DNA from: Paraspadella gotoi
Taxonomy: Eukaryota; Animalia; Chaetognatha
Length of the DNA stretch: 64,000 nt
Assembly (NCBI GenBank): GCA_051294375.1
Contig: CM119270.1
Coordinates: 1,556,633 to 1,620,632 of the forward strand
Direction of reading: 5' to 3'
Below the pieces are notes generated by a model that made no database searches, was not told where the DNA came from, and saw nothing but the letters and a program-made list of their open reading frames with translations. The translations under genes and the position numbers were made by a program. Of this stretch, positions 52,350 through 64,000 are shown one piece after another (within the stretch, counting starts at the first letter, position 1; each line of letters opens with the position of its first letter).

Positions 52350-52650
52350 AACGTTCCATCACAGTTGATGACATCACAAAACATTTTATCACAGTTGATC
52401 ACATCACAAATCATTTCATCGCAGTTGATGACATCACAATTCATTTTATCACATTTTATGACATCAGAAAAATGTTATCACAATTGATAATATCTCAAAG
52501 AGTTCTATCTATAATAATTTAATCACGATTGATAAAATCTCTCATCGTTTCATCACGCTTGATGACAGCACATATAATTTTATCACAGTTGTCAGAAGTC
52601 AAATCCATCATTCCCAATCACGTTATCACAACACAATTTATCACAAAATT
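52350..52650. repeat. 30-bp minisatellite (atcacagttgatgacatcacaaa..)
   Basis: Tandem copies that generate the NCDVINCD ORF. Confidence 0.8.
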
Positions 52651-52867
52651 GGAAGGTGACAGGAAACATAATCAACGCTAAAAGCTCACGATTAACAATG
52701 ACCAACAACGCCAACAAATGATAACAACAACAACAATAACTACAACAACAACAACAAAAACTACAACAACAACAACAACGACAACAACAAAAACTGTGGT
52801 TGGCGCCATCGTTCAACATCGAACGCAAACAGATGTCGTCAGCAACATTAACGGAATTAATCACGTG

Positions 52868-52900
<33 letters not shown>

Positions 52901-55293
52901 NNNNNNNNNNNNNNNNNNNNNNNNNNNNNNNNNNNNNNNNNNNNNNNNNNNNNNNNNNNNNNNNNNNNNNNNNNNNNNNNNNNNNNNNNNNNNNNNNNNN
53001 NNNNNNNNNNNNNNNNNNNNNNNNNNNNNNNNNNNNNNNNNNNNNNNNNNNNNNNNNNNNNNNNNNNNNNNNNNNNNNNNNNNNNNNNNNNNNNNNNNNN
53101 NNNNNNNNNNNNNNNNNNNNNNNNNNNNNNNNNNNNNNNNNNNNNNNNNNNNNNNNNNNNNNNNNNNNNNNNNNNNNNNNNNNNNNNNNNNNNNNNNNNN
53201 NNNNNNNNNNNNNNNNNNNNNNNNNNNNNNNNNNNNNNNNNNNNNNNNNNNNNNNNNNNNNNNNNNNNNNNNNNNNNNNNNNNNNNNNNNNNNNNNNNNN
53301 NNNNNNNNNNNNNNNNNNNNNNNNNNNNNNNNNNNNNNNNNNNNNNNNNNNNNNNNNNNNNNNNNNNNNNNNNNNNNNNNNNNNNNNNNNNNNNNNNNNN
53401 NNNNNNNNNNNNNNNNNNNNNNNNNNNNNNNNNNNNNNNNNNNNNNNNNNNNNNNNNNNNNNNNNNNNNNNNNNNNNNNNNNNNNNNNNNNNNNNNNNNN
53501 NNNNNNNNNNNNNNNNNNNNNNNNNNNNNNNNNNNNNNNNNNNNNNNNNNNNNNNNNNNNNNNNNNNNNNNNNNNNNNNNNNNNNNNNNNNNNNNNNNNN
53601 NNNNNNNNNNNNNNNNNNNNNNNNNNNNNNNNNNNNNNNNNNNNNNNTACCCACAGATTCGCCAAGCCAGAAAATTAGCTAAACCAAAAAAAAGTCACTC
53701 GAAATTTTTTTTCAAACAAAAAAAGAACAAAAAGACAAAAAAGTAAAAAAGAAAAAGAAAGAAAAATTTTTTTTTCTCTCTCTCTCTCTCGCTCGGAGTT
53801 GATTTTCTACTCCATCTTTTAACCTTTTAACTTTTAGCTTCTAATCTAGTTTACAAATAGTTTTTTTTTTTAATCAAACGACATAAACGAATTCGAAAAG
53901 CGTAAATAAACAAAAGAAAAACGACGATAACCTCAATTCTCTCTGTCTCACTCTCTCTCTCCTCCAAATTTGTTAAGAAAACGTCAAACTCTCTCTCTCT
54001 CACTCTCTCTCTCTTTCTCCCTCTCCCCAATTCGTTTTCCCTATTCAAATTTTTTTCCTAACCGCCCGCACCCGTAAAACAAAAAATTCCCAACAAGTTT
54101 GAACGCACATTTCAACAACAACAACAACAACAACCACGAAAATATAACGATTCAAACGCGAACCAAACTTATTCACGATTCCAAATTTTCAAAATTTCAA
54201 AAAAAAAAAAAAAAATAATAATAATTTAAAAATAATCGCCGAAAATATATTTTAATTTTTCGAAAAAAAAAAAAAACCCAAATTTCAAATCGGCCAATTC
54301 TCGATGAAATTCCCCCCCAATCGCGAAAAAAGCGCAGAGAGAGATCTCACCCCGACATGGCATGACATGGAACCGAGAAAGGCGTGACATGGCGAGACAT
54401 GAGACATGAGTCGCGCGGCCTGACATGACATGTCCGTCGGCGAACGTCCGCCGTCGCGATCAAAGGCCGACGTCGCCGGTGATAAATCGGGTCCCAAACG
54501 GATAATAGGTGAGACCGGGGGGGGGAACTGTTTTCTGTGACAAATCACTAACTCTATTCCTTAACCCTATTTCTATTTCGTTACTCTAATCTCTAACCTT
54601 AATTCTTAATCTATAACCTGGAGTAGGTTATTAAACCTATACTAGGTCCTAGACTGGGAGTAGATACCGAGACACATATTGAGATCTAGACTTAGGGACT
54701 TAGACTTAGACAAGGGACTTAGACTTAGTCTTACTGTGACGGGAAAGCAGTTAAAATCTTTTCTCCTAAGAACAGAGGGCTCCGTAAATATCTCAACGAG
54801 ACGATAAAGTAATATAACATAATATTTAAACGTTCGTAAACTAAAATTTGATCTCTCTAATTTTTTTTCCCCCCTCAGGAACAAAAAATTGTCGCTTGGA
54901 CGAAGAAAGAAAAATCAAATTCGACTGAGAGAAAAAAGAAACAAAACAAACAAAACTGTTGCTGAGTGACATCGCGCGTCGTTGAATCGAGGTGAGTCAC
55001 GAGGGAATTCACGTGAATTTTTGGTTTGGATGAGGCCACTGTGAAGCCTGTGGCTGCAGTGGTTGTTGAGAAATTTAAAAATTTATATTTGATAATAATA
55101 ATAATAGGAATTGAGTCCGAGTCGCTTCTGAATCTTAAATCTGAATATAAGTATGATTTTTATGAATTCCACCGCTGTTATTACGCTGCCGCTGCGACCG
55201 AGGTTTCTGCCCGCTTGTCTGCTGCACCTAAAGCGGATCAACTCCAGCCAAACTCTCTCTCTCTCTCTCTCTTCTTTCTCTCTCTCCGTCTCA

Positions 55294-55327
<34 letters not shown>

Positions 55328-55769
55328 TCTCGGACAATCGACGTCCGAAATTCTTCAACCGTAAACGCGTAAATTCGTGGCATTTCCGGTTTGCGTCTTC
55401 GTCTCCATGGTAACGGAACCGCGAAGTCGAAAGACGTCGACAAAAGGTCAATTTGTTGCGACGGGATTTTCAGAGCCGATTGGGCGTTCTGGGCGAGTGT
55501 CTGTCTTTCTGTCTGTCTTTCTTTCTTTCTTTATTTTCTTTCTTTCTTTTCTTTCTTTTTTTTCTCTCTTTCTTTTCTTTCTTTTCTTTCTCTCTCGCTC
55601 TCGCTCTTTCTCCCTCTCTCTCTCCCTTTCTCTCTCTCTCTCGCTCTCTCTCATTGCCGTCTTTGTAAATCTCCGTCACAAAGCCACCCATAACGCGTCG
55701 GCGAAGCCTTTAGTGCCGAGCCCGTTAGATAATTAAAGCCGCCATGCAAGGGAAGAAAGAAAGAGAGAA

Positions 55770-55860
<91 letters not shown>

Positions 55861-58078
55861 CAACTAGCGAGCACGAAACATCACAGCGGACTTGAAAGCA
55901 ACATTGAAACTGGTGGACATGCAACATAAATGTCATTGCAGTCAACGAAAGTTATTGCAGCTCATTTCTACCATAAACTGCGACCTTGGCTTTGATTACT
56001 AGATTTCCAGATATGCCAACATAATGTTTATTGGATAAATGTTGAAATTCTATATTGGTATGCACTAAATACTTAACGATTAAGAAAAAATGTACAATAA
56101 ATTTTATTTTCGATATTGCTTTCAATCGTTTATTCATCAGATAGTGGACTACTCAATTTTTAACCAAAACTTATTTGCATATTGAAGTGATTAGTTTTTA
56201 ATCTTTTCATTTACCATTTTTCCGACTTTTAGAATTTTGTTTCCAACCAAAGTTGGGTTTTTTTATTTTATATAATTTATTTTCATAAAATTTGTAGCTA
56301 TAAACTCAAAGGTTTTTGAAAAGTATTATTTAAAAGTAAACTAATTTTTTCAAAGAGCGCACCTGAAATGAGAGAAAACAAAAAGTTTAAAGTCGAATTA
56401 AATAGATCTCACTCCAAGACCATACTTACCAGGATCATTTCTGTAGTGTGTGTCCCAGGTCCCTTGAACTTCTTTGTTCAAACCTGCAAACCACGATGAT
56501 GTGTTTGAGTTAATTCCTGAGCGGGAAACAGAACCTTACCACTTGTGGTAAGTTCCTTGATGACCGTTCTTTACATCTTAGGATGCAATGAGGGAATTAA
56601 CTCTGTCTGAGTGGCCGCTTTTAATTAATCAATAATTTAACTTCACTTCCATTTCTTACCTCTTATATATATAGTTCCTATTTTAATATATTAATGTACA
56701 TATGTATAATTAGTGTCCATATTGACTGTAAATAAATATACATTAACTAACTCGAAATATGAATTCGTGAAACCAAATAATTTTGCAATTTTCATGTTGT
56801 ACTTACTTTAATGATATAATATTCATAATTTTTTTGGATAATTACTTGTGTTCAATTCTTTATTAAAATTCCGTTTATATACAAATTTATATAAGTAAAA
56901 AACTAACAGTGAAAGAGATAAATTNNNNNNNNNNTTTATAAAACTCTCCCCTCAACAAATTGAAGAACCAGAAAACTCCGTTTGGCTAAAAAGAAGAGAG
57001 AAGTGAGAGACGAAAGGATATTGAAGTTGCGAGAAAGAAGCTCATAACTTGATCATTATAACTACATATACTTAAAATCCTCGCTGTAACTTCCATTAAG
57101 ATTTTCAAGCATAGAGGGCGGTGAACGCCCCTGTCGCTGCGCGGGACCGAACGACGACGAAGCGAGACGTGGATACAGGACGAAGAAGACGATTCATTAA
57201 ATGGTTTCTTTCCGATAAGGAGTGTATTGACACCTTGAGCGAGAAAGACGCGGATAGTGGAAACAAAAGCTTTGATAAGCTTGTAATGTGGTAGCTTATG
57301 ACTTTTTTTGTAGAAGATACAGTTGCGGCCAATGGGGAAGATCGATCTCTCTCCTCTCTCCTCTTCCATCCCTCTCTCACCTCTCTCCGCCTCTCTCCTC
57401 CCTCTCCTCATCTCCCTCTCCTCTTCCTCTCATCTCTTCTCTCCCTCTCTCATCGTCTCTCTCTCTCTCTCTCTCTCCTCTCGTCTTAATGGACAATCTT
57501 TTTCTTTCCAATTTTCATTTTTTCCTTCCTATTTCCTCATGTAGGTCGTCTTTTTCTATTCCCTCACTCCTTTTCTCTCCTCTCTCCTCCATCTCTTGCC
57601 CCTTCCTCGTCTTTCCCTCTCTCCCTCTCTCTCTTCTTCTCTGCTCTCTGTCTCCTCTCTCTTCTCTCTCTGTCCTCCACTTATCGCCTCTCTCCACTTC
57701 TTCCCTTCTTCCCTCCCCTCTCTCTCTCTCCTCTTTCTCTATTTCCTCTACCTAAATCCAACGATTAAATGACTTTTCTTTGAAACAAGAGGAACCGATG
57801 CCAACACGCCGGGATTCACCCTTGGTTGTTAAAACTTACTAGCTTTTCTCTTTTCTTTCTTTTCTTTCTTTCTTTCTCTTTCTTTCTTTCTTTCTTTTCT
57901 TTCCTTCTTTCTTTCTTTTTTTTCTTTCTTTCTTTCTTTCTTGCTTTCTTTCTTTTCTTTCTTGCTTTCTCCTTTCTCCAGACTTAAATCTGCCTCGTTC
58001 TTTACACCTCGACGACAAATGCCCTGCTGGCAAAAAAAATATGGTAATGAGCCTGGTTCGCAGGCATGAAGGGGAGAG

Positions 58079-58115
<37 letters not shown>

Positions 58116-58744
58116 AGTCAGAGAAAATAGGGTTTAAGGGAGAAAGTGAGAGATAGATAAATTAAGGTAGGAAGAGAAGGAGGTAAAAAACGGGAAAGAA
58201 GGAAGTAAAGTAAGGGAGAGGAAGAAGTTGGAGGAAAGGGAAAAGGAAGGACGGGAGGAAGGAAAGTTTGGAAGGAAGGAAGGAAGAAAGGAAGGAAGGA
58301 AGGGAGGAAAGGAAAGTTGGGAGGAAAGGGTGAATAGAAGAAAGGAAGGAAAGGGAGGATAGGAAGGGAAGAAAGGGAGGAAGGAAAAGGGAGGAAGGAA
58401 GTTGGGGAGGGCGCACAAGGGAATAGATGAAGGGAAGGGAGAGAGGAAGGATGGGAACGAAAGGGAGAAGGGAAGGAAGGAAGGGAGGAAAGGAAGTTGG
58501 GGAGGAACGNNNNNNNNNNNNNNNNNNNNNNNNNGAAGGGAGAAAGGGAGGAAGGAAGGAAGGGAAAAAGGAAGGAAGAAAGGAAGATGGGAGAATAGGG
58601 TGAAGGTATTAAACGGGAAAAATAGAAAGAAGAGGAAGGTGAGAAAGGTAAGTTAGGATGAAAGAAAAGACCAAACAGTTAAAGAGGTAAGGGACAGTAT
58701 GGAAAAGATAAGGAGACAGTTTTCATCTTCGAGATCATTTCGGG

Positions 58745-58944
58745 TCAGGCATTGAGTCTTTCGGGTTGGGTGAGGAAGGGACTGCGGGGAAAGCGAGGTT
58801 GCGTGGGGTAAGGGTTTGATTCGGGTAAGGAGAACCCGAGTTTGGGTCGGGTAAGGAGGACCCGCGCCACGCCCATTTTTATGCTCATGAAGAGAGAAAA
58901 GGATCCAGGTTCTTCCAAAGGCGAGTCGCCTTCCTCGCATTCAT
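58745..58944 (-). CDS. Candidate terminal exon of an unidentified gene
   Basis: ttcag acceptor, (D)ECEEGDSPLEEPGSFSLFMSIKMG...PERLNA*. No recognisable domain. Confidence 0.25.
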
Positions 58945-59003
58945 CTGAATATCTCTCTCTCTCTGTCTCTGTCTCTGTCTCGCTTTCTTTCTTTGTGTCC
59001 TTT

Positions 59004-59035
<32 letters not shown>

Positions 59036-60124
59036 NNNNNNNNNNNNNNNNNNNNNNNNNNNNNNNNNNNNNNNNNNNNNNNNNNNNNNNNNNNNNNNNN
59101 NNNNNNNNNNNNNNNNNNNNNNNNNNNNNNNNNNNNNNNNNNNNNNNNNNNNNNNNNNNNNNNNNNNNNNNNNNNNNNNNNNNNNNNNNNNNNNNNNNNN
59201 NNNNNNNNNNNNNNNNNNNNNNNNNNNNNNNNNNNNNNNNNNNNNGAGGATGGTGATTAAATTTTTCGAACCCTGGGATGGATCGAGACCTTGAGAGAAA
59301 TAATAGTTTTCTGAATTGTGAGTGAACGAGGAATCCTTAATTCAAAGTGATTAATGGTGATTAATGGTGATTAATGTTAATTTATGTTAATTAGGTATTT
59401 TTAGAAACGAGTTTTGGAAAATCCTTAGTCAGAAAAGAAAATCTGTAGAAGGAGAAAAGAAAAAGAATAAAAAAAGGTATAATTTTAACTGACAAAAATT
59501 AAATAAGTTAAATAAGTTGAATATGTTGAATATGAAGTTTCAAAAGTTTTTTTTTATTAATAACAAAATTCTTTAAAAGAATATCACATATCATTAGTCG
59601 GTCAACCAAAAAAATAGCTATTAAAAAAGGTTTAACGGTGTAATGGTCACGTGCAAGGCAATGCAAAACATTCATTAACATCTCTCTCTCTCTCTCTCTC
59701 TCTCTCTNNNNNNNNNNNNNNNNNNNNNNNNNNNNNNNNNNNNNNNNNNNNNNNNNNNNNNNNNNNNNNNNNNNNNNNNNNNNNNNNNNNNNNNNNNNNN
59801 NNNNNNNNNNNNNNNNNNNNNNNNNNNNNNNNNNNNNNNNNNNNNNNNNNNNNNNNNNNNNNNNNNNNNNNNNNNNNNNNNNNNNTCTCTCTCTCTCTCC
59901 GCTCAGTGGGAGTGGCACTGACCGACGACTGGTAAACAGCGATGGGATCCTGGAGGAGATTAACGCCGCCAAATGGTTGTCGTTGTTGTTGTCGTTGTCG
60001 TTGTCGTTGTTGTGATGATGGTGAGTTTGTTTCGTTCCGTCGTTGGTAAGCGAAGAGATAGTAAAGGAAAGAAGGGAGGAAGGAAAATCAAAGAAAATAG
60101 AACAAAGAAATAAAAGGTTTAACT

Positions 60125-60190
60125 AAACAAAATCGGTTCATCCAATGTGTTGCGCCGCAATGACTTTATTTTCCCGTGTATTTCTTGCGA
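60125..60190 (-). mobile_element. HINE family 2 opposite terminus
   Basis: aaacaaaatcggttcatccaatgtGTTGCGCCGCaatgactttattttc matches 50516-50580. Confidence 0.55.
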
Positions 60191-61909
60191 CTTGACATGA
60201 CATGACGTGACATGACATGAATGAATGACTAGGTTAATTTTCTTAGACCGTGTATTTATGAGACACTCACTGCATAGGAATTCCATCTTTTATTCTTTAT
60301 AGTTTTAGGATTTCCTGAAGGCGGCGCTGGGAGTCACTTAGATTTGAGGTTTTTTTCTATCTTCACAAATGAGCAACTTACTATAGGCAAATAATGTGGA
60401 ACTTTCCTGCCAAGAGCCACGGAACTGGGCTTGGAAGGAGGTTTGATGGCTTTTCAGACCCCCAAGGCGGTTTACGACCGTCCTCACGGTTCCCGCAGGG
60501 GAGTACCGGTTGGGAATTGGAACCCGCGGTACCTTAGTGGTCGAAGAGCCTGATGGCTTTCTACTAAGTGTGAACCATACTAATAGCCGCACGTTAACTT
60601 AATTCAAAGCCCCGACTATACCCTTACCATTTGGGTGGTGAGGAAAAAATCAGCGGTTTATCGGAATGCAGCCGACCTTGAGTTAGGTTGGATGGACTGG
60701 TGCTGAATTCGCGGCTAAAAGGAAGCCGATTGGATGAGAGAGGAGAGAGAGATGAGAGAGATGACTATCGAGGAGAGAGAGAGAGAGAGAGACGAGCAGA
60801 GAAAGAGGGATAAGACGAGACGAGAGAGAGAGATGAGAGAGGAGAGAAGACGAACGAGGTGATGGCCTGACGAGTGAAGAGAGGAGAGCAGAGACGACGA
60901 GAGGGAGGGAGAAAAAAATGAAAGCCCACCATTGTTGTCCCTGTTTTATGACAGAATTTTTCCCCTTTCGCCAGATTTTCTTTTTTCTTTGTAACCCTTC
61001 GTGGAGAATTCGTTTATTTGTTTGTGCGAATCTTCCTTGTTAGAAATGATTTTCCCTTCATTGAATGTTCTACAATTATAGAACCTTTGTTTGTGTCAAT
61101 TGAACATTTGGCCTTTTTTAGAATTTAAGAAATATGGTTACAACCGATATGATATATAGTTTATTAATGAGGTCAGCCACCCTTGAACCCTGTCTGGGGA
61201 ATTGATGGCGATAACGCTTATCAATATCCCAAAAGTGCGTATTTTGTCCTTAACATTATATATATACATTAAAATAAAAAATTTGCCAAAATTTACAAAT
61301 TATAATATAGACTAAAATTTTAACACGAAATATATATTAATAAAGGTTAACATATTTTATTTAAGTTAATTAAAATTTTAGAGGTGATTTCTTAGAATTT
61401 ATTGTTTTTGATTTGTTATTAATTATTTATTATTATTCAGTTTAGATTTTCATATTTATTTATTGTAATGTGGAACCTGAGATGAATGTTAGTTATTGTC
61501 TTTTGAAAAAATACGATGGAAGCAATACTAATCAACACAAGTGAAAAAAATTTTTATTTAATCCTGTCCTGGTCTGGATTTTTATATTATTATATCGTGT
61601 TGTTTTGAAAAGAAAAAGTACAAGTCAAAATCAAACTTACCCTTAACTCAACTTCAATCCCTACCCCCGTCCCATTACCCCAATTTCTCCGCCATTACCC
61701 CTTCTTGATGTCTCACGACTTTGACCCACAACATTACTAGCGAAACCATTGGACCTCTCATTGGCTCCTCACAAGCCTCAAGCCTCTCACATGGGCCTTT
61801 CGGCTTTTGTGTCTGGAGGGAAGAAAGAGGCGGAGGTTTCATGCGGTTTTTTTTTTTTATTCCTTTTTTGTAGAATCAAGGGAGCTGCTTTTCGGGAGTT
61901 TTGACCTTC

Positions 61910-62067
61910 AGTTGCATTCAGTTCTCGCATTTTGCTTTTCAGTCGAATTCAGTCGCTATTCAGTTCAGCATTCTAGTCGCATTCAGTCGATCGAATTCAG
62001 TTCGCATTTAGTTTCCCGCATTCAGTCGCCATTCAGTCGAATATTCAGTCGCATTCAGTCGCATCAG
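61910..62067. repeat. 10-bp degenerate tandem repeat (ATTCAGTCGC)
   Basis: Read directly. Confidence 0.85.
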
Positions 62068-63435
62068 CAAAGGAGTTTCCATCAAAATGGCTTCTCTCTT
62101 CTCTCTCCATCTCATCTCCTCTCTCTCTCTCTCTCTCTCTTCTCTTCTCTCTTCTCTTCTTCTCTCTCTTCCTCTCCTCTCTCTTTCTCTCGTGTTTTGT
62201 TCCTTTGGTGAGCCTTTTTTTTCAAAACCAAGCCCATCGTTCGCCAACTGCGCACCGCCACCTGCATGCTCCCATCTGCGTATTCCCATCTGGCATATCC
62301 CGTCTGTTACTTTCCCGGGCTTGTGCGTCTTTTACGGATTTACATCTTTGGTTGTTTTTTAAAAATTAGATGATTTATTTTTTTTATTGTGTGTTTTTTT
62401 TCCTTTCGTGTTTATGTATTTATGCATCTGTTTTTTTTTCGTGTCTTACTGGACAGCTTTACTTATTTTTTTGTCAACTGTCGCGGTTCTATTTCGCCTC
62501 TTATGGTGAATCATTCCAGTTTCTTTTTTCTTTTTTCTAAATTCCATCTGTTTCTGTCCGATTCGTGTCTGACGCTGACCGTCTATTCTTATAAGACAAA
62601 CAAATAAATAATTTCATTAATAAATAAAAAAAACTAAATAAAACTTCAGCATTCGAAAAAAATAAAAAAAACAAGAGAAATAAAGGTTTTTCTTGTTTGT
62701 TGTTGTTTGTTTGGTCCTTTGTTTGCTCTTCGTGGTTGTTTTTTTGATCTGTCGTCAATCATTAAAAATGGAGTCGTCCTTTTATTTTCGACTGCGTCGT
62801 CGTTCGTTCGTCGTCGTCGTTCGTCGTCGTTCGTCGGATTCGTTTCACGAAAACCATCTAAATTCGGACACAACAAACTTGATTTATGTGTGGAAAAAAG
62901 ATAAAAAATATTTTTTGCAGGGGAAGGAAAGGGGAAAAAAAGAGAACGGTAAGATGCATGATTGATGATAGATGATGCCATTGATGATGACGATGATGAA
63001 AATGAAAGTCGTAAATTGTTGTTGCTGTTTTAGACTATGAAAGGTAAACGATTGACCGAGATAAATGAATGTTACTATCATGACAGAAAATATTGCAGGT
63101 ATAGATAGCTCGTGCATTGGAAAATAGACTTCCAACATTAAACAATGAAGACGACGGCAGAGACCGACGACGGGAATTAATAAACCGAAGGGGGAACCGG
63201 ACACGACGGACGAACACAATGAGATGTATATTTGAAACTGGCAATCAGGGTCGACGAAGAAGACGAGAGGAGGAGAAGCCTTGGTTTTTTCTTGTTTAGA
63301 ATGGAATTTTCCCCGAGATTGCCTACCATTTCACGCCTTACTTTGACATAATCCCTATTTTCTCTCTCTTCTCTCTCTCTCCTCTCCTCTCTTCTCTCTT
63401 TTCTCTCTTCNNNNNNNNNNNNNNNNNNNNNNNNN

Positions 63436-64000
63436 GCCACCTTGACCCTGTCTGTGGAATTGAGGCGATACGCTTATCAATCCCAAAAGGGTGTCCCTTA
63501 ACATTATTATGATACATTATAAAAAATTGCAAAATTACAAAATTATAATATAGACTAAATTTTAACACGAATATAATAAGTTTAACATATTTTATTTAAG
63601 TATTAANNNNNNNNNNNNNNNNNNNNNNNNNNNNNNNNNNNNNNNNNNNNNNNNNNNNNNNNNNNNNNNNTAGATTTCATATTTATTATTGTAATGTGGA
63701 GAGGAATGTTAGTATTGTCTTTTGGAAATAGAGGGAGCATCTATGCAACACAAAGTGAAAAAATTTAATCCTGTCTTAGTTTTATATTTAGTTATCATTC
63801 TTGTTTGAAAGTCAAGTCAAATCAACTTACCCTTTAACTCAACTTCATCCCTACCCCGTCCCTACCCCAATTTTTCTCGCCATTACCTTCTGATGTCTCA
63901 CGACTTTGACCCACATTACTAGGCGACCATTGGCCTCTCATTGGCCTCACAAGCTCAGCTCTCAATGGGCCTTTCGCTTTTGTGAGAAGAAGAGGCGGAG
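63436..64000 (+). repeat. Direct duplicate of 61156-61835 across N gaps
   Basis: Colinear from gccaccttgaccctgtctg to agaggcggag with indel-type differences. Confidence 0.9.

Noticed and set aside
39890-53746. Long X-containing ORFs
   Set aside because: They are open only because they run through N gaps.
56986-57411. 141-aa ORF suggestive of a membrane protein
   Set aside because: No recognisable motif or splice context, and the strand is ambiguous.
61156-64000. LTR-like pair 61156-61835 / 63436-64000
   Set aside because: No TG..CA ends, PBS or gag/pol. The second copy is gap-bounded and deletion-rich, so it is likely redundant assembly.

Overview
AT-rich animal (probably invertebrate) nuclear DNA from a gappy draft assembly. 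It has many N runs, (AG)n/(ACG)n microsatellites, indel-rich patches that look like unpolished long-read fill, and an almost unreadable block at about 41.2-49.3 kb. Most ORF-track entries are microsatellite or gap artefacts. Four spliced genes can be reconstructed by hand. (1) A minus-strand Frizzled-CRD gene (5981 to about 2510), with a paralogous first exon at 1018-831 and a further exon at the window edge. (2) A plus-strand trypsin-fold serine-protease homologue lacking the catalytic triad, with a hydrophobic C-tail (6582-12783). (3) A plus-strand C-type-lectin gene (about 13506-16893). (4) A minus-strand SH3-domain, low-complexity protein gene (29606 to 18489). Mobile DNA includes a hAT-like TIR element whose target-site duplication (TSD) copies a Frizzled splice acceptor, two families of Helentron-associated (HINE/DINE-1-like) elements, and a CCA-tailed 3' half of tRNA-Leu. 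The most striking structure is a circularly permuted copy of the ~3.9 kb segment 14185-18127, carrying the lectin terminal exon, inside the protease intron. It has the geometry of single-crossover integration of a DNA circle, but mis-assembly cannot be excluded. No prokaryotic-type system, CRISPR array, rRNA or transposase ORF is supported. All calls were made by eye without database searches.
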